From contig JAYPQH010000030.1 in the NCBI GenBank assembly GCA_038131935.1, positions 94,302-158,301 of the forward strand: DNA of 64,000 bases. The letters are read 5' to 3'. Position 1 is the first letter of the stretch. Every line of letters begins with the position of its first letter. The position numbers were made by a program, and so were the translations under genes. The DNA is from Alphaproteobacteria bacterium. GTDB taxonomy: Bacteria > Pseudomonadota > Alphaproteobacteria > UBA8317. Under the pieces are notes generated by a model. That model saw nothing but the letters and a program-made list of their open reading frames with translations, was not told the origin of the DNA and ran no database searches. Shown piece after piece: positions 20,985 through 30,890 of the stretch.

Positions 20985-22893
20985 CCCTCTTCCTTATTTC
21001 TGCCTTATTGAATGGTAGCGCTCGATGGAGCCAATCCTCATTGTCAAGCAGTTTAAGACGCTGTTTAAAAGAATTTTTCTCAAATCGATTTTGACACAAA
21101 CGGACAATACTTTTCATAATTATGCCTTCGAATTTGGGAAACATTTTCAAAACTGTAGAAAGGATCATCATTTCGAATACTCCCATTTGATTGCGGAAAA
21201 GTGCGTCATCTAGGCTCATTAATTTAAGCACACGGCCTGGGTCCCCTTGGCGCCCGCATCTACCGGTTAATTGACGGTCGATCCTAGATGATTCATTTGG
21301 TTCCGAGACAATCACATGCAGCCCTCCTTTAGACAGCGTTGCTTGATCTAATTTAATATCAACGCCTCGACCAGCCATATTGGTGGCAACGGTGACGCTT
21401 CCTGAAGTCCCTGCTTTTTCAATGAGCTGAGCTTCATTATCGTGATTAATAGCGTTTAAGACATTGTGCTGGATATTTAATTCGTCAAATATTTCCGAGA
21501 CCATCACACTATCTGAGACTGTTTTAACACCAACCAGAACTGCCTTGCCTTCTTGCTGGAGTTTTTTTGTTAAGTTTGCGACAGCAAGTACTTTTTGTTG
21601 TCTTGATTTACAGACAATTGGCTGTTCTTCGATTACTTTTCTCTTCCGGTGTCTTGGTATTTGAAGAACAGGAGTGTCGTAGACATGCCAGAACTCGGTG
21701 AAAGACTCTTTGGCAGTGCCAGTTGTGCAGGCAAGCTTTGGAAAGAGACGGAAAAAATTTTGAAAGGTCATTTGTATAAGAGGAAAGTTTGGATCAGTTA
21801 AGGGAACGCCCTCTTTTGTTTCTATGGCCTGATGCAAGCCACCCGAGAGAGTTCGTTCTGGAGTCAGGCGTCCAGTAAACTCGTCTATTAACACGATCTT
21901 TTCATGCTCTACAACATAGTGCACCCCCTTTTGGAAAAGCCATCGTACTTTCAAAGCTTGCGTTAAAAGGTCAATTACGCGCTCTGGACTCTGCCAGCCA
22001 GCAGGAGGCTTATTGCTTGATTTCGACATCATGGTTTCTGCATCGACAAGTAAAGTGACGGTTTTCCGCCTGTGGTCTAGTTTGAAATCTATTGATTGAC
22101 GGAAATTGCTGCTAGTTTTTGACGCCCAAGTTACTGCCTGATGAAGCCCTGGGATGGGTTTTGGGGCAGATATGATTAAAGGTGTCGTTGATTCATCAAT
22201 TAGCATACTGTCTGCCTCATCCACGATGGCGGAATGAATTCCTTTTTCTAGACAGATTAGGCCATCATTTTTTCCTGTTTGCCTTTTGTGCAATAGGTCT
22301 TTTAAAATATCAGCCAAAAGCGTTTTAGGCGTCACATACACCACAGAACTTTGGTAATTCTCCCGCCGAACTTCTGTGGTTTGTGTTTCCACGCACGCGC
22401 CGACGGTAAGCTGAGCATGCTCAAAAAGAGGGGCCATTTCCTCAGCGTCTCGCTGTGCTAAGTAATCGTTAGCAGTTAAAATATGACACGGCTTGCCGGA
22501 CCACCCCAGAAGGACACTGGCCATACCAACAGTGAGGGTTTTGCCTTCGCCAGTTGCCAACTCAGCCAAATAACCCCGGTGTATCGCAAGAGCCCCCATG
22601 ATTTGCTCTTTGTAGGGTTGTAAACCAAGACTTTTCTGGACCAGTATACATATTAGCGCTACACAATCGATCAGACGACCTTTCGCTGTTAATGGGTCGC
22701 GCCGAATTGCCATACGAAGGGATTCCAGTTCTTGGTTCAATTCATCACTACCACTCAATAGAAGTTGTCCCATAAGGGCTGAGACTTGATTAGCTTCAGT
22801 TTCAAGTTTCTTTAGTTGTCTTTTGCTAGATCTGGTCCTCCCGTATAGTTGGTACACGAATGAATCAAAACCTTTTTTACGTTCAGAATTCAT
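20977..22893 (-). CDS. Short SecA-like DEAD ATPase (accessory SecA paralog)
   Basis: ELATGEGKT, TANDYLAQRD, IVDEADS, LIDEFTGR, GLHQAIETKEG, ATNMAGRGVDI, RIDRQLTGRCGRQGDPG; only 638 aa. Confidence 0.93.
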   Translation of the reverse strand: MNSERKKGFDSFVYQLYGRTRSSKRQLKKLETEANQVSALMGQLLLSGSDELNQELESLRMAIRRDPLTAKGRLIDCVALICILVQKSLGLQPYKEQIMGALAIHRGYLAELATGEGKTLTVGMASVLLGWSGKPCHILTANDYLAQRDAEEMAPLFEHAQLTVGACVETQTTEVRRENYQSSVVYVTPKTLLADILKDLLHKRQTGKNDGLICLEKGIHSAIVDEADSMLIDESTTPLIISAPKPIPGLHQAVTWASKTSSNFRQSIDFKLDHRRKTVTLLVDAETMMSKSSNKPPAGWQSPERVIDLLTQALKVRWLFQKGVHYVVEHEKIVLIDEFTGRLTPERTLSGGLHQAIETKEGVPLTDPNFPLIQMTFQNFFRLFPKLACTTGTAKESFTEFWHVYDTPVLQIPRHRKRKVIEEQPIVCKSRQQKVLAVANLTKKLQQEGKAVLVGVKTVSDSVMVSEIFDELNIQHNVLNAINHDNEAQLIEKAGTSGSVTVATNMAGRGVDIKLDQATLSKGGLHVIVSEPNESSRIDRQLTGRCGRQGDPGRVLKLMSLDDALFRNQMGVFEMMILSTVLKMFPKFEGIIMKSIVRLCQNRFEKNSFKQRLKLLDNEDWLHRALPFNKAEIRKRDA

Positions 22894-22898
22894 TTTCT

Positions 22899-25070
22899 TT
22901 AGATTCTAAAATGCTTTTGAAGATATTGACTTAATGCTCGATGTATTTGTGAGGCCAATGGTTCTGGAGCAAGCTCAACCCTCAGTGTTGCTAAGCCACC
23001 ATGCATCAGTTTCACATTGGTATCGCCTTCATTGAGCATAATTTTCGATTTAATTTGAAAAAAGGGCTCTGTTGCCTTGAGACCCGTCGGATCTGATGGT
23101 TCTACTGCAATTGAGCCGCCGCCTGGAATGCCGAGGGCTGGGGATGGAAGTATGCCATTATCATGTGGAATTATTTCTAGATCAGTTGTGGTGAGTGTCT
23201 CTCTTTCTTGACCATGTAACTTCAATGTTGTTTCTGCAATAAATGATGCGAAAACATACGTCTGAACCTGTGGGATGACTCCTATAAACTCCCAGGTATG
23301 ATCGTGGGTTACAGTTCCAAGTTGCTGGCCCCGAGCGATGAATTCGCCTGGTGATAACCGCGTTTCATGGCTTGTCCAGATTCCACTCTCTGGTGCTTTA
23401 ACCTTGAGTCCTAGAATGTCGTTTTCTATTGTCGTAAGGTATTGATTAACTGAATCCAGTTGTTCATTAATTGGTTCCATTTCGTGTTGATTGTTTACAA
23501 GCGCGTTCTGGAGTCGCTGCTGGAGCTCTTTTTGTTTTGCTTGAGTCGCAGATTTTTGGAAAAAAAGTTCAGGGTTTTCGAGTTGAATAATAATTTGGTT
23601 CGCAACTAATGCAGTCCCGTTGTCTAGGAATTCATCAGAAATATAGCCACTAGTGGTGCTATATACTTTTTGCGTTGACGTAGGTTTTATAATCCCTGAA
23701 ACACGGAAGCTATTGTCTACTGGGATGGCAGTAAGTAGAGCTGTGGATGTGACTAAAATCAAGATACTTATACTAAACACTCTCTTCCGCTGGCCATCTA
23801 GACTGTCATCAAATAGAAAATATTTTATCAATTTTAAAAGCGGTACCACAGCAGTTAATATAATGACTGCAATTGCTATGAGTAAGCCCAGATCGAGATA
23901 CTGATTTGCGATAAAGGCGATTATACCGATCATCAGCGCAATCCAATAAAACATGCTGACAATCCCATAGACTGGAAGGATAATACTCTCGCGAAAGCTT
24001 TGTGCGACTGATTTTGCTCCTCGAACTCCCAAAATATAGCGTTTTGTAAGATATTTTAATTGATTGCGAGACTTCATAAACAAATTAGGTATGTTGAGAA
24101 TATCGACCAAAATATGATAACCGTCGAAACGAAGCAGCGGATTAGCATTGAACAGCACAGTTGATACGCTTGCGGTAAACATAATGTTGTAACAGAAAGA
24201 GTTCAGTAGACCTGGTGCGGTTGCTGACCATATTAATAGGGCTATTGTTGCCACGCCCAATTCAACACCTATGCCAGCTGCAGCAACCAAGAGTCGCTCC
24301 CTCCTGTGTCTGAACCCCCAGCTTGAGCTGGCGTCACAATATGGAATTGGAGTGAATAGGATGAACATCAGACCAATGATGTGAACCTCTCCTCCGAAAT
24401 ATTTGCAGAGCGCTCCATGGCCGATTTCGTGGATAGATTTAGTGACAGCGAATCCCATGTAGAGAAGGAACAGGTTATCGAAATCAAGAATCCCCTGTGA
24501 GGGATCGAAGATTATCTCTTTATTATTTAAAAATGTTATAATGCCTGAAACGATAAGTAGGAGATATAGAAATAATCCGATCGGTCCGAACATGAATTTG
24601 ATAAATGGAAGTGTTTTATTGAATAACCTATCAGGATCCCAGAGAGGGATTTTGATTGACATAAAACCTAGAAAAGTAGATAGCCGTTCTTGTGATTTTT
24701 TACTATTAAAGCGCTCTATGAAACTCTCGGTGTCCGATAATTGATCATAGATTAACATATTGGAAAGATGCAGTTGCGCTAGGATTTGAATTACTTCTTC
24801 CTGTGAGAGAGTAGTGTTTTGATCGCTTTCTACTGTTTTGTACCAAACTTCCTCTATTGTCTGATCAATGGACATTCTGGCTACAAAATTATATGCCTCT
24901 TCGGAGATTTTAAACCATTCACTGTTCATTCCATCGCGCATCACGTACCAAACCCGTGAGTCAAAAAGCTGCCTTTTTACTTGTACACTGGGACGTAACT
25001 CACAACGCAGTGAATATACTCGGTGCCAAGAGGAAGAAAAAGTTTGGGTTGATAAGTCGACCGTGTTCAT
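22899..25070 (-). CDS. Fusion of PqqD/RRE-like N-domain, M50 (site-2) intramembrane metallopeptidase and HlyD-like periplasmic domain
   Basis: HEIGH zinc motif, NANPLLRFDGYHIL (NxxPxxxxDG), multiple TM helices, C-terminal coiled coil plus lipoyl-like halves (KAPESG). Confidence 0.85.
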   Translation of the reverse strand: MNTVDLSTQTFSSSWHRVYSLRCELRPSVQVKRQLFDSRVWYVMRDGMNSEWFKISEEAYNFVARMSIDQTIEEVWYKTVESDQNTTLSQEEVIQILAQLHLSNMLIYDQLSDTESFIERFNSKKSQERLSTFLGFMSIKIPLWDPDRLFNKTLPFIKFMFGPIGLFLYLLLIVSGIITFLNNKEIIFDPSQGILDFDNLFLLYMGFAVTKSIHEIGHGALCKYFGGEVHIIGLMFILFTPIPYCDASSSWGFRHRRERLLVAAAGIGVELGVATIALLIWSATAPGLLNSFCYNIMFTASVSTVLFNANPLLRFDGYHILVDILNIPNLFMKSRNQLKYLTKRYILGVRGAKSVAQSFRESIILPVYGIVSMFYWIALMIGIIAFIANQYLDLGLLIAIAVIILTAVVPLLKLIKYFLFDDSLDGQRKRVFSISILILVTSTALLTAIPVDNSFRVSGIIKPTSTQKVYSTTSGYISDEFLDNGTALVANQIIIQLENPELFFQKSATQAKQKELQQRLQNALVNNQHEMEPINEQLDSVNQYLTTIENDILGLKVKAPESGIWTSHETRLSPGEFIARGQQLGTVTHDHTWEFIGVIPQVQTYVFASFIAETTLKLHGQERETLTTTDLEIIPHDNGILPSPALGIPGGGSIAVEPSDPTGLKATEPFFQIKSKIMLNEGDTNVKLMHGGLATLRVELAPEPLASQIHRALSQYLQKHFRI

Positions 25071-26918
25071 AACCAGAGTAATTTCCGAATAAAATTGATC
25101 GTGCGATATGTCATCGACCAGATAAGCGGCTGCGAACCTGTTTTGATTTTAGCGGTACCTCCCATACCAGGTCGCCACCAACCCTTTTTGTCTGTCTCAA
25201 ATTTACCTTTCGCTACAAAAATATTTGAACCATTTTTTACCTGCGCGATTGGATCGATGCTAGTTAACGTGAATGGAATTCGTTCATCAGGACGCCCAGC
25301 AACCAGTAATTCCCCAGAGAGATCATCGTTTAAGAAATGCATGTCGTTTTGATTGATCTCTAGCTCTAGGTACAGCTCATCTGTATCGGCCAATCGCATA
25401 AGCATATCGCCACGCTTGACCGGTGAGCCTAGTGCTTGTGTTAAGTCTCCCTCAACAACAATCCCGTTACGTGGCGCGCGAATTTGTGCACTCGCCATTC
25501 GAAACCTAACAAGATCTAGCTTCGCCTGAGATTGGGCGAGTTGAGCTCTCGCAATTTGCAATTCTGCAAACTTGCCCGTTGCAAGAGACCTTTCTATTTC
25601 TGTTTGATGACGAGCAGTTTCCGCGACAGCAACTTTCTCTTCCTGGATTAATTCTCGTATATCCATTTCCACGAGTTTATCATCTTTTCGGACTGAGCTA
25701 CCTAATTCAACATATACGTTTGACAGGAAACCATCGAACGGAGCGGGGATTATTATCGCGTGTACAGCGCGAATTGTAGCTTTTGTATCAATACGATGAT
25801 TAGTTTCAACGGCAAAAAGTGTAGAGAAGATAATGAGACCCGCGATGGCAAAGAGTTTAGCGGTAATTTTTCTAGGGCCAAATAACCATGTAGTTAAATT
25901 GATAAGTTTATAAAATAACTGGATAACAAAAGGTCTGCTTGAGTTTAAACTTCTCTCTAGAACTGGTCCTAAGGTAGTGACTAAAAATTCAATTTGTTTT
26001 AACTCATTATCATTTGGGTTATTCCCATTGAACTCAAGGGTTAAAACACCCAAGGTATCTTTTAGACCACGTATCGGTATTGACACTAGACTCTGATTTC
26101 CATGATTTCTGGAAAATATTTTATGCTGGCGATATATATAAAAATCCATTTGTTCAGATGGATAGGTGATGACTAGATCTTGGTCAGCGGATTCTTCCAT
26201 GGCGTTGATTAAATCTTGAGCAAGTGAAGATCGTCGATCAAAATTCGCTGATTGACTTATCGCTTTCAGGCTAATTCTTTTTCGAACGAAAATACCTAAA
26301 CTGACCCGATTTGATACCAGATGTGCGGCTAAGGAATTGCAGAGGAAAAAACAGGATTCTAAGAAACTGTCTTTTGAGCAGAGCTGGTAGACTATTGAAA
26401 TTACTTTGTCATTACTCAACCTCAACGGTTGGTCGGTTAAGCTATCCACTAAAGTTTGGTTTGACTTCCCTCCCAGATCGCGAATTGCGAACTCCATCAT
26501 TGTTCTCTGAGCCGGCTGCATTCCAGAGGTGATACTTTTAATTTCAACCCAGGCCAACACGGTGGATCTTTTCCCAAAGGACCCTTTATCGAGAGGTAGA
26601 ACATGTAATACCCGAGTTTCATCAACCTGTTTGGTTTGCTTGGTGTCTGTTTGATAGGCTAGTTCACAGGTTTCTAGAAGTTCTGATGCATGGGGTAGAT
26701 AGATCAATTTGAGCTTGAGGGTATTTATGATTTGCCTTCCAAGATTGGGTATCTATCGAACGCTCAAGGTGCAAAACAATTTCAGCCATAAAGCACTTGT
26801 GGATGATGCTCAGGAGATGCACTCTAACCTTTTCATTCTCCATGGTTGAGTCGCTGATCAAATTTAGCGAATATATAAGCGAAGTCTCAATATTTTGCAC
26901 TGAGTTGAGATCATTCAT
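25067..26918 (-). CDS. HlyD/MFP family protein with N-terminal GAF-like domain (apparent indel near 26693)
   Basis: ORFs 26664-26933 and 25067-26707 join at a C4 run. GAF-like AMEESADQ...SLVSIPIR...LGVLTLE, one TM helix, then APFDG...IRAPRNG...WRPGMGG. Confidence 0.8.
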
Positions 26919-27744
26919 TTGATGGCGTTTCATTTGTTGGCCTTAACTCGGCCGGAGTTCCTGGGATGATTTTAAAATCAGAATTATCTACCTCTGCAAA
27001 CAGCTTTCTCAGTCCACTCGCCGCATCTACCAGCGGAGATACGTAAGTTATTAAAGCTCTTCTTTCTACTACTTCTCCATGTTGCATTAACCGGAGGATG
27101 GCTTCCTCTGTGGCCATGAAACGATAGTCTTGAGATATAGGGAAGGTACCCACAAAGCGGATTGTGGACACGTCGACAACGTTGACTAGTGTTTCTTGAG
27201 GTTGAATGGTCTCGCCTCTTTCGCCATGCACAAATGTAACGACCCCAGTCACCGGTGAAGTTAGTTGTTTTTGCTCGAAATACTGTTCAGCAAGTTTGTG
27301 ATCAATTTCAGCTAGCCTCTTTGAAGCAATCAACGACTCCAACTGTGCCTTAGCAGCGCTGAGTGCGAGTTCTTCATCTTCGAGTTGCTTGACTGAGATA
27401 CCACCCGTTTCAGCTAAAATCCTTCCCTCAGACACTTGTTTGGCTAGCACATCTATTCTTCCTCTTACCTCTCTTAATTCGGATTGGTCTTTCAAGATGA
27501 TCCACTTTCTTTGACGTTCCAAATTTTCAATTGAGCGATCCAGTTCTAGTAAGACTTCTCCAGCTGTTATCTGATCACCTTCAGTAACAAATATTTTATC
27601 GATAGTCCCTTGCACTGGAAAGCTTAAACTAGCCTGGCTCTTGGGCTCTGTGATACCAATTGCAAGCCCTTCTCCATAAGCAGACGAAATATAACAAAGA
27701 CATAGAAAGGTGGGGAAAATAAGCTTGGGTAGGTAGTGACCCAT
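26911..27744 (-). CDS. Efflux RND-type periplasmic adaptor (MFP)
   Basis: Signal peptide, LSFPVQGTIDKIFVTEGDQI, coiled-coil hairpin, LTSPVTG, SPLVDAASG. Confidence 0.88.
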   Translation of the reverse strand: MGHYLPKLIFPTFLCLCYISSAYGEGLAIGITEPKSQASLSFPVQGTIDKIFVTEGDQITAGEVLLELDRSIENLERQRKWIILKDQSELREVRGRIDVLAKQVSEGRILAETGGISVKQLEDEELALSAAKAQLESLIASKRLAEIDHKLAEQYFEQKQLTSPVTGVVTFVHGERGETIQPQETLVNVVDVSTIRFVGTFPISQDYRFMATEEAILRLMQHGEVVERRALITYVSPLVDAASGLRKLFAEVDNSDFKIIPGTPAELRPTNETPSNE

Positions 27745-27745
27745 G

Positions 27746-29380
27746 TCACTTTTGTCCAAAAATGTTGTTGACCTGCTCACTCAAATCCCCTTGCGCTGAG
27801 TAAAGCTGAATGAAAGCCTTTGCATATTGGGTCGACGCTTCAACTTCATTAATAGTTGCTTCTAAATTTTTCTCCTCAGACTGCAAAACCTCGATTATGT
27901 TTCCTCTGCCTTGCGCTAAACGTAACGAGGCTACTTCGAGTTGTTTTTTTGTTGAGTTAGCAATTTTTCTGGCGTTGAGCCACACTTTCTCTGTCTGAAG
28001 GGCTGTCTTGTGGCCGACTAAAACTTCATTTTCAAGGTTTTGTCGTTGGCCTTGAAGAAGCAACTCTGCTTTACGTTTTTCCAGACTGGCCTTTCTAATC
28101 TTGGCATTGGCACCTTTGTTGGCGCCCAATGGCATCCTGTACTCTATCGATATTCGGCGCTCTGGATGGCCAGCCATGTCGTTAATCCTCAATGCGCTGG
28201 TGGCAGTTCCTGCTTGTTGAGACCATCCGGCATCCAATCGAATATCGAGTGTGTCACGAGCCATATCTGACGCTTGGTCAAGTTGAAGCAGGGCACGTTT
28301 GATCGCAACTTTTTGTGCTTTGATGTCGTAACGAGTGTTGAGGGCTACGGTATATAGTTGTTGCCAATCTGGTATGTGATAGATCTCTGTCGGGAGTATC
28401 GATGGATCAAACTGGATTTTATCCACCGTAAGGTTTCCTTCGGGAGCAAGAAGGATGAGTTCGGTTTTGAACCGTATCAAGTCTCGTTCAGTATTTGATA
28501 TCAGATTCTCCAGCTTATTCAGGTTGATTTCGATATCAATTTCAGACGATCGCGGAAGACGTCCATTTCTGATTAAGGTACTGACCTCCGTTTTGAGTTT
28601 TGTTAAGATGGCTACGCGGGCTTTTAACCTTTCCAAGATTAGTTGGGTTTTTAAGGCATCTATATAAACGATTGCGGCCTGTGTGGTGATCAGGTTCCGT
28701 TGGTCGAGGGTTAAGTGTTCTTGAATTTTAGCTTCCAATTCAGCGATAGCAATATCCATGTTGGTGATTTTGGCTCCTGCACCGCGCATCAGTGGCTGAA
28801 CAATAGATAACCTTAAGTCACTTCGGTACTGATAGTTGTCCATGGTGCCGGCTTTCTGCCTGTTCAAGGATGAATCAATCGAAATCTTCGTGCCGTAGCT
28901 CAACAATTTTGAGACTGTGCCCTTCAAGTCAGTTTGTTTATCAGGATACGGGTCTGGTGATCTTCCTAATAACTGATCTTCAACCGAGAGCGGTGATAGG
29001 GTGTTCCCTGCTGATGATCTTACTGTCAGCTTCGGTTCATAGATCCCAAACTGTTCAATAATATTCTCGCGAGCGACTTCTTCATCAAGCTGCGCCATTA
29101 TGAGTGATCTATTTGAGTTCAGAACCGCATTCAGGAACATTTCAAAGGAGAATGCTTCGGACTTGCCCATAGGTTGACTAGCCAACGAAGGGTTGTGTAG
29201 CCCGAGGCAGAGTGCCAGGGAAAAGTATGTGAACAATTGTCTGTTACAGCCGCAAAATGAACGAGCATTCAAAATAAATGGTCTCAGCCGGCGCCAAAAA
29301 AATAGTTCAACATAGCTTGTTCCTACTTCAACGAAGTTATTGTCGATTCCAAAAAGCAATACTTCAAGGATTTTTCCCAA
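27746..29380 (-). CDS. TolC-family outer membrane channel (true start probably downstream of 29380)
   Basis: Outer-membrane efflux pattern AVLNSNRSL, LSIVQPLMRGAG, ALNTRYDIK, EYRMPLG, IQLYSAQG; signal-like segment ending LAS. Confidence 0.88.
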   Translation of the reverse strand: MGKILEVLLFGIDNNFVEVGTSYVELFFWRRLRPFILNARSFCGCNRQLFTYFSLALCLGLHNPSLASQPMGKSEAFSFEMFLNAVLNSNRSLIMAQLDEEVARENIIEQFGIYEPKLTVRSSAGNTLSPLSVEDQLLGRSPDPYPDKQTDLKGTVSKLLSYGTKISIDSSLNRQKAGTMDNYQYRSDLRLSIVQPLMRGAGAKITNMDIAIAELEAKIQEHLTLDQRNLITTQAAIVYIDALKTQLILERLKARVAILTKLKTEVSTLIRNGRLPRSSEIDIEINLNKLENLISNTERDLIRFKTELILLAPEGNLTVDKIQFDPSILPTEIYHIPDWQQLYTVALNTRYDIKAQKVAIKRALLQLDQASDMARDTLDIRLDAGWSQQAGTATSALRINDMAGHPERRISIEYRMPLGANKGANAKIRKASLEKRKAELLLQGQRQNLENEVLVGHKTALQTEKVWLNARKIANSTKKQLEVASLRLAQGRGNIIEVLQSEEKNLEATINEVEASTQYAKAFIQLYSAQGDLSEQVNNIFGQK

Positions 29381-29439
29381 GAACGCTTTTTTTGACGTGT
29401 GAGCGAGCTACCTTTATTTTTCTTATTTCTGATCGCCAT
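29323..29439 (-). CDS. 38-aa mini-ORF paralogous to the giant protein's N-terminal leader
   Basis: MAIRNKKNKGSSLTRQKKRSWEKSLKYCFLESTITSLK* versus giant MAAKGKKNRRSWLTRQKKRTWENS; preceded by a GAGG RBS. Confidence 0.5.
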   Translation of the reverse strand: MAIRNKKNKGSSLTRQKKRSWEKSLKYCFLESTITSLK

Positions 29440-29753
29440 AAATCCTCGTTAAAAACACCCAATTATCGTATGAATTATCCATGCATTCCTCACACCACTC
29501 GATATTATAAATCCTTCAACAAATAATTCTACCCAACTGCCAATAAATTCCATATATTGGATCAAGGAAAAAAATAAACCAATAAGTTATTGAAATATAA
29601 ATTCTATTTTCGGAGCAGGGCAGGGGTTTTAATTGCTTGTCATCTGAGATCATCAATTACACAGGTGCTCATTAGCTCCACCATCAAACTCATCAATTCG
29701 CTTTGATTTTGGGCAAGATCTTGATCAATTTTTATCGCATAAAGATAAACAGC
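29368..29753 (-). repeat. Left arm of a ~385-bp diverged inverted duplication
   Basis: Reverse complement aligns colinearly with 30509-30890 (ATCTTGCCCAAAATCAAA, TGGAGCTAAT, AGCAATTAAAA, TTATATTTCAAT, TTGATCCAAT, TGGGTAGAATTATTT). Confidence 0.9.
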
Positions 29754-30300
29754 CAGAACGTTAACGACACCGTTACACTTCCCACGATCCATTCTTAAGC
29801 CATGTTTTGCAAAATTTCGGTTAAACCCGTCGCAAATCAAATCGACCTGACTCGGTACATGGGTCATCACCTTTGAAAACGACCTTCTAAATGAGTCAGA
29901 ATTATCGACGACACGAGGTGTTTTGGCAGCTTCATGTCCATCGCCAGCGAGTACCGAGCCAACATCTCAAAAAATTGCACAGGGTCTCGCCGCGGAAATT
30001 GTCGATTTGTAGTGCCAGGCCACGCAGGAAAGAATTTGAGCCAAACTTGTAGCTGCTAAGCAGAAAATCGGGCATCGATTTCCAATTTTTATAGAATGTT
30101 GAAAACCCATATCCAGCTTTCGTGAGAATCGTTCTGATCGTGTAGCGTTTTTCGTCTTTTCCTTCTGCCAACGAATATATTAAAGCGGCTCTCATATGAT
30201 CAGCCGGCGTATGGGAGTGATCTACAGTATCAGACAGAATTTTCTTAAGGCTTTCGTCTACCTTGAATTGCTCGTTTTTGTGAATACTGTCGTTCGACAT
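29640..30300 (-). CDS. TetR-like HTH regulator (two apparent indels, ~29985 and ~29872)
   Basis: YTIRTILTKAGYGFSTFYKNWKS resembles a TetR HTH; it continues through FEMLARYSLAMDMK into ORF 29640-29870. Confidence 0.6.
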
Positions 30301-30508
30301 AGTACATGGATCTCCTTTTATGGCGATAAACAATGGATGAATGGTTACCTGAAAACTTGATCGCAATCCCCACTCTGCCACTGCTATATTCACTGCACGC
30401 AACAAAAAAATAAGAAAGGATCAGCTCAACGAAAAGAATTCAAGGTACAGTGTGTAATTTGAAAAATAACACCCATAAAGCGTAAATTGGTATGGCTGTT
30501 TTAGCAAT

Positions 30509-30890
30509 GCTGTCTATTTTTTACTTGGCAAAGGTGGAATAGCATCTTGCCCAAAATCAAAACGAATTGATCAATATGATGCTGGAGCTAATCAGTCCTT
30601 GTTTGGTTGATAATTTGCCCTATTCAGCAATTAAAAGGTTTGCTGTGCTCCGAGATTATTTATTATATTTCAATTCATTAACGGTATTTTTTTTTGTTTG
30701 ATCCAATTAGCTTTATTCTTTGTTAAATGGGTAGAATTATTTATCGGAGAATTTATACTGCTATGTTGTGGAAAAGATGTGAAAATTGTGTAGCAGTAGT
30801 GCATTAGACGAGAATTGATGGCGGCAAAAGGTAAAAAAAATAGACGTAGCTGGCTTACGCGTCAGAAAAAGCGTACATGGGAGAATTCTC
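30509..30890 (+). repeat. Right arm of the inverted duplication: decayed regulator 3' end, promoter region and first 24 codons of the giant gene
   Basis: Reads YLAKVE*HLAQNQNELINMMLELISPCLVDNL versus regulator YAIKIDQDLAQNQSELMSLMVELMSTCVIDDL. Confidence 0.88.

Noticed and set aside
20977-22893. Calling this housekeeping secA or a secA pseudogene
   Set aside because: Too short for the housekeeping enzyme, yet all motor motifs are intact and it is operon-coupled in an island.
30790-30805. AGCAGTAGTGC as an RfaH ops element before the giant gene
   Set aside because: Several mismatches to GGCGGTAGnnTG and not conserved in the duplicated arm.
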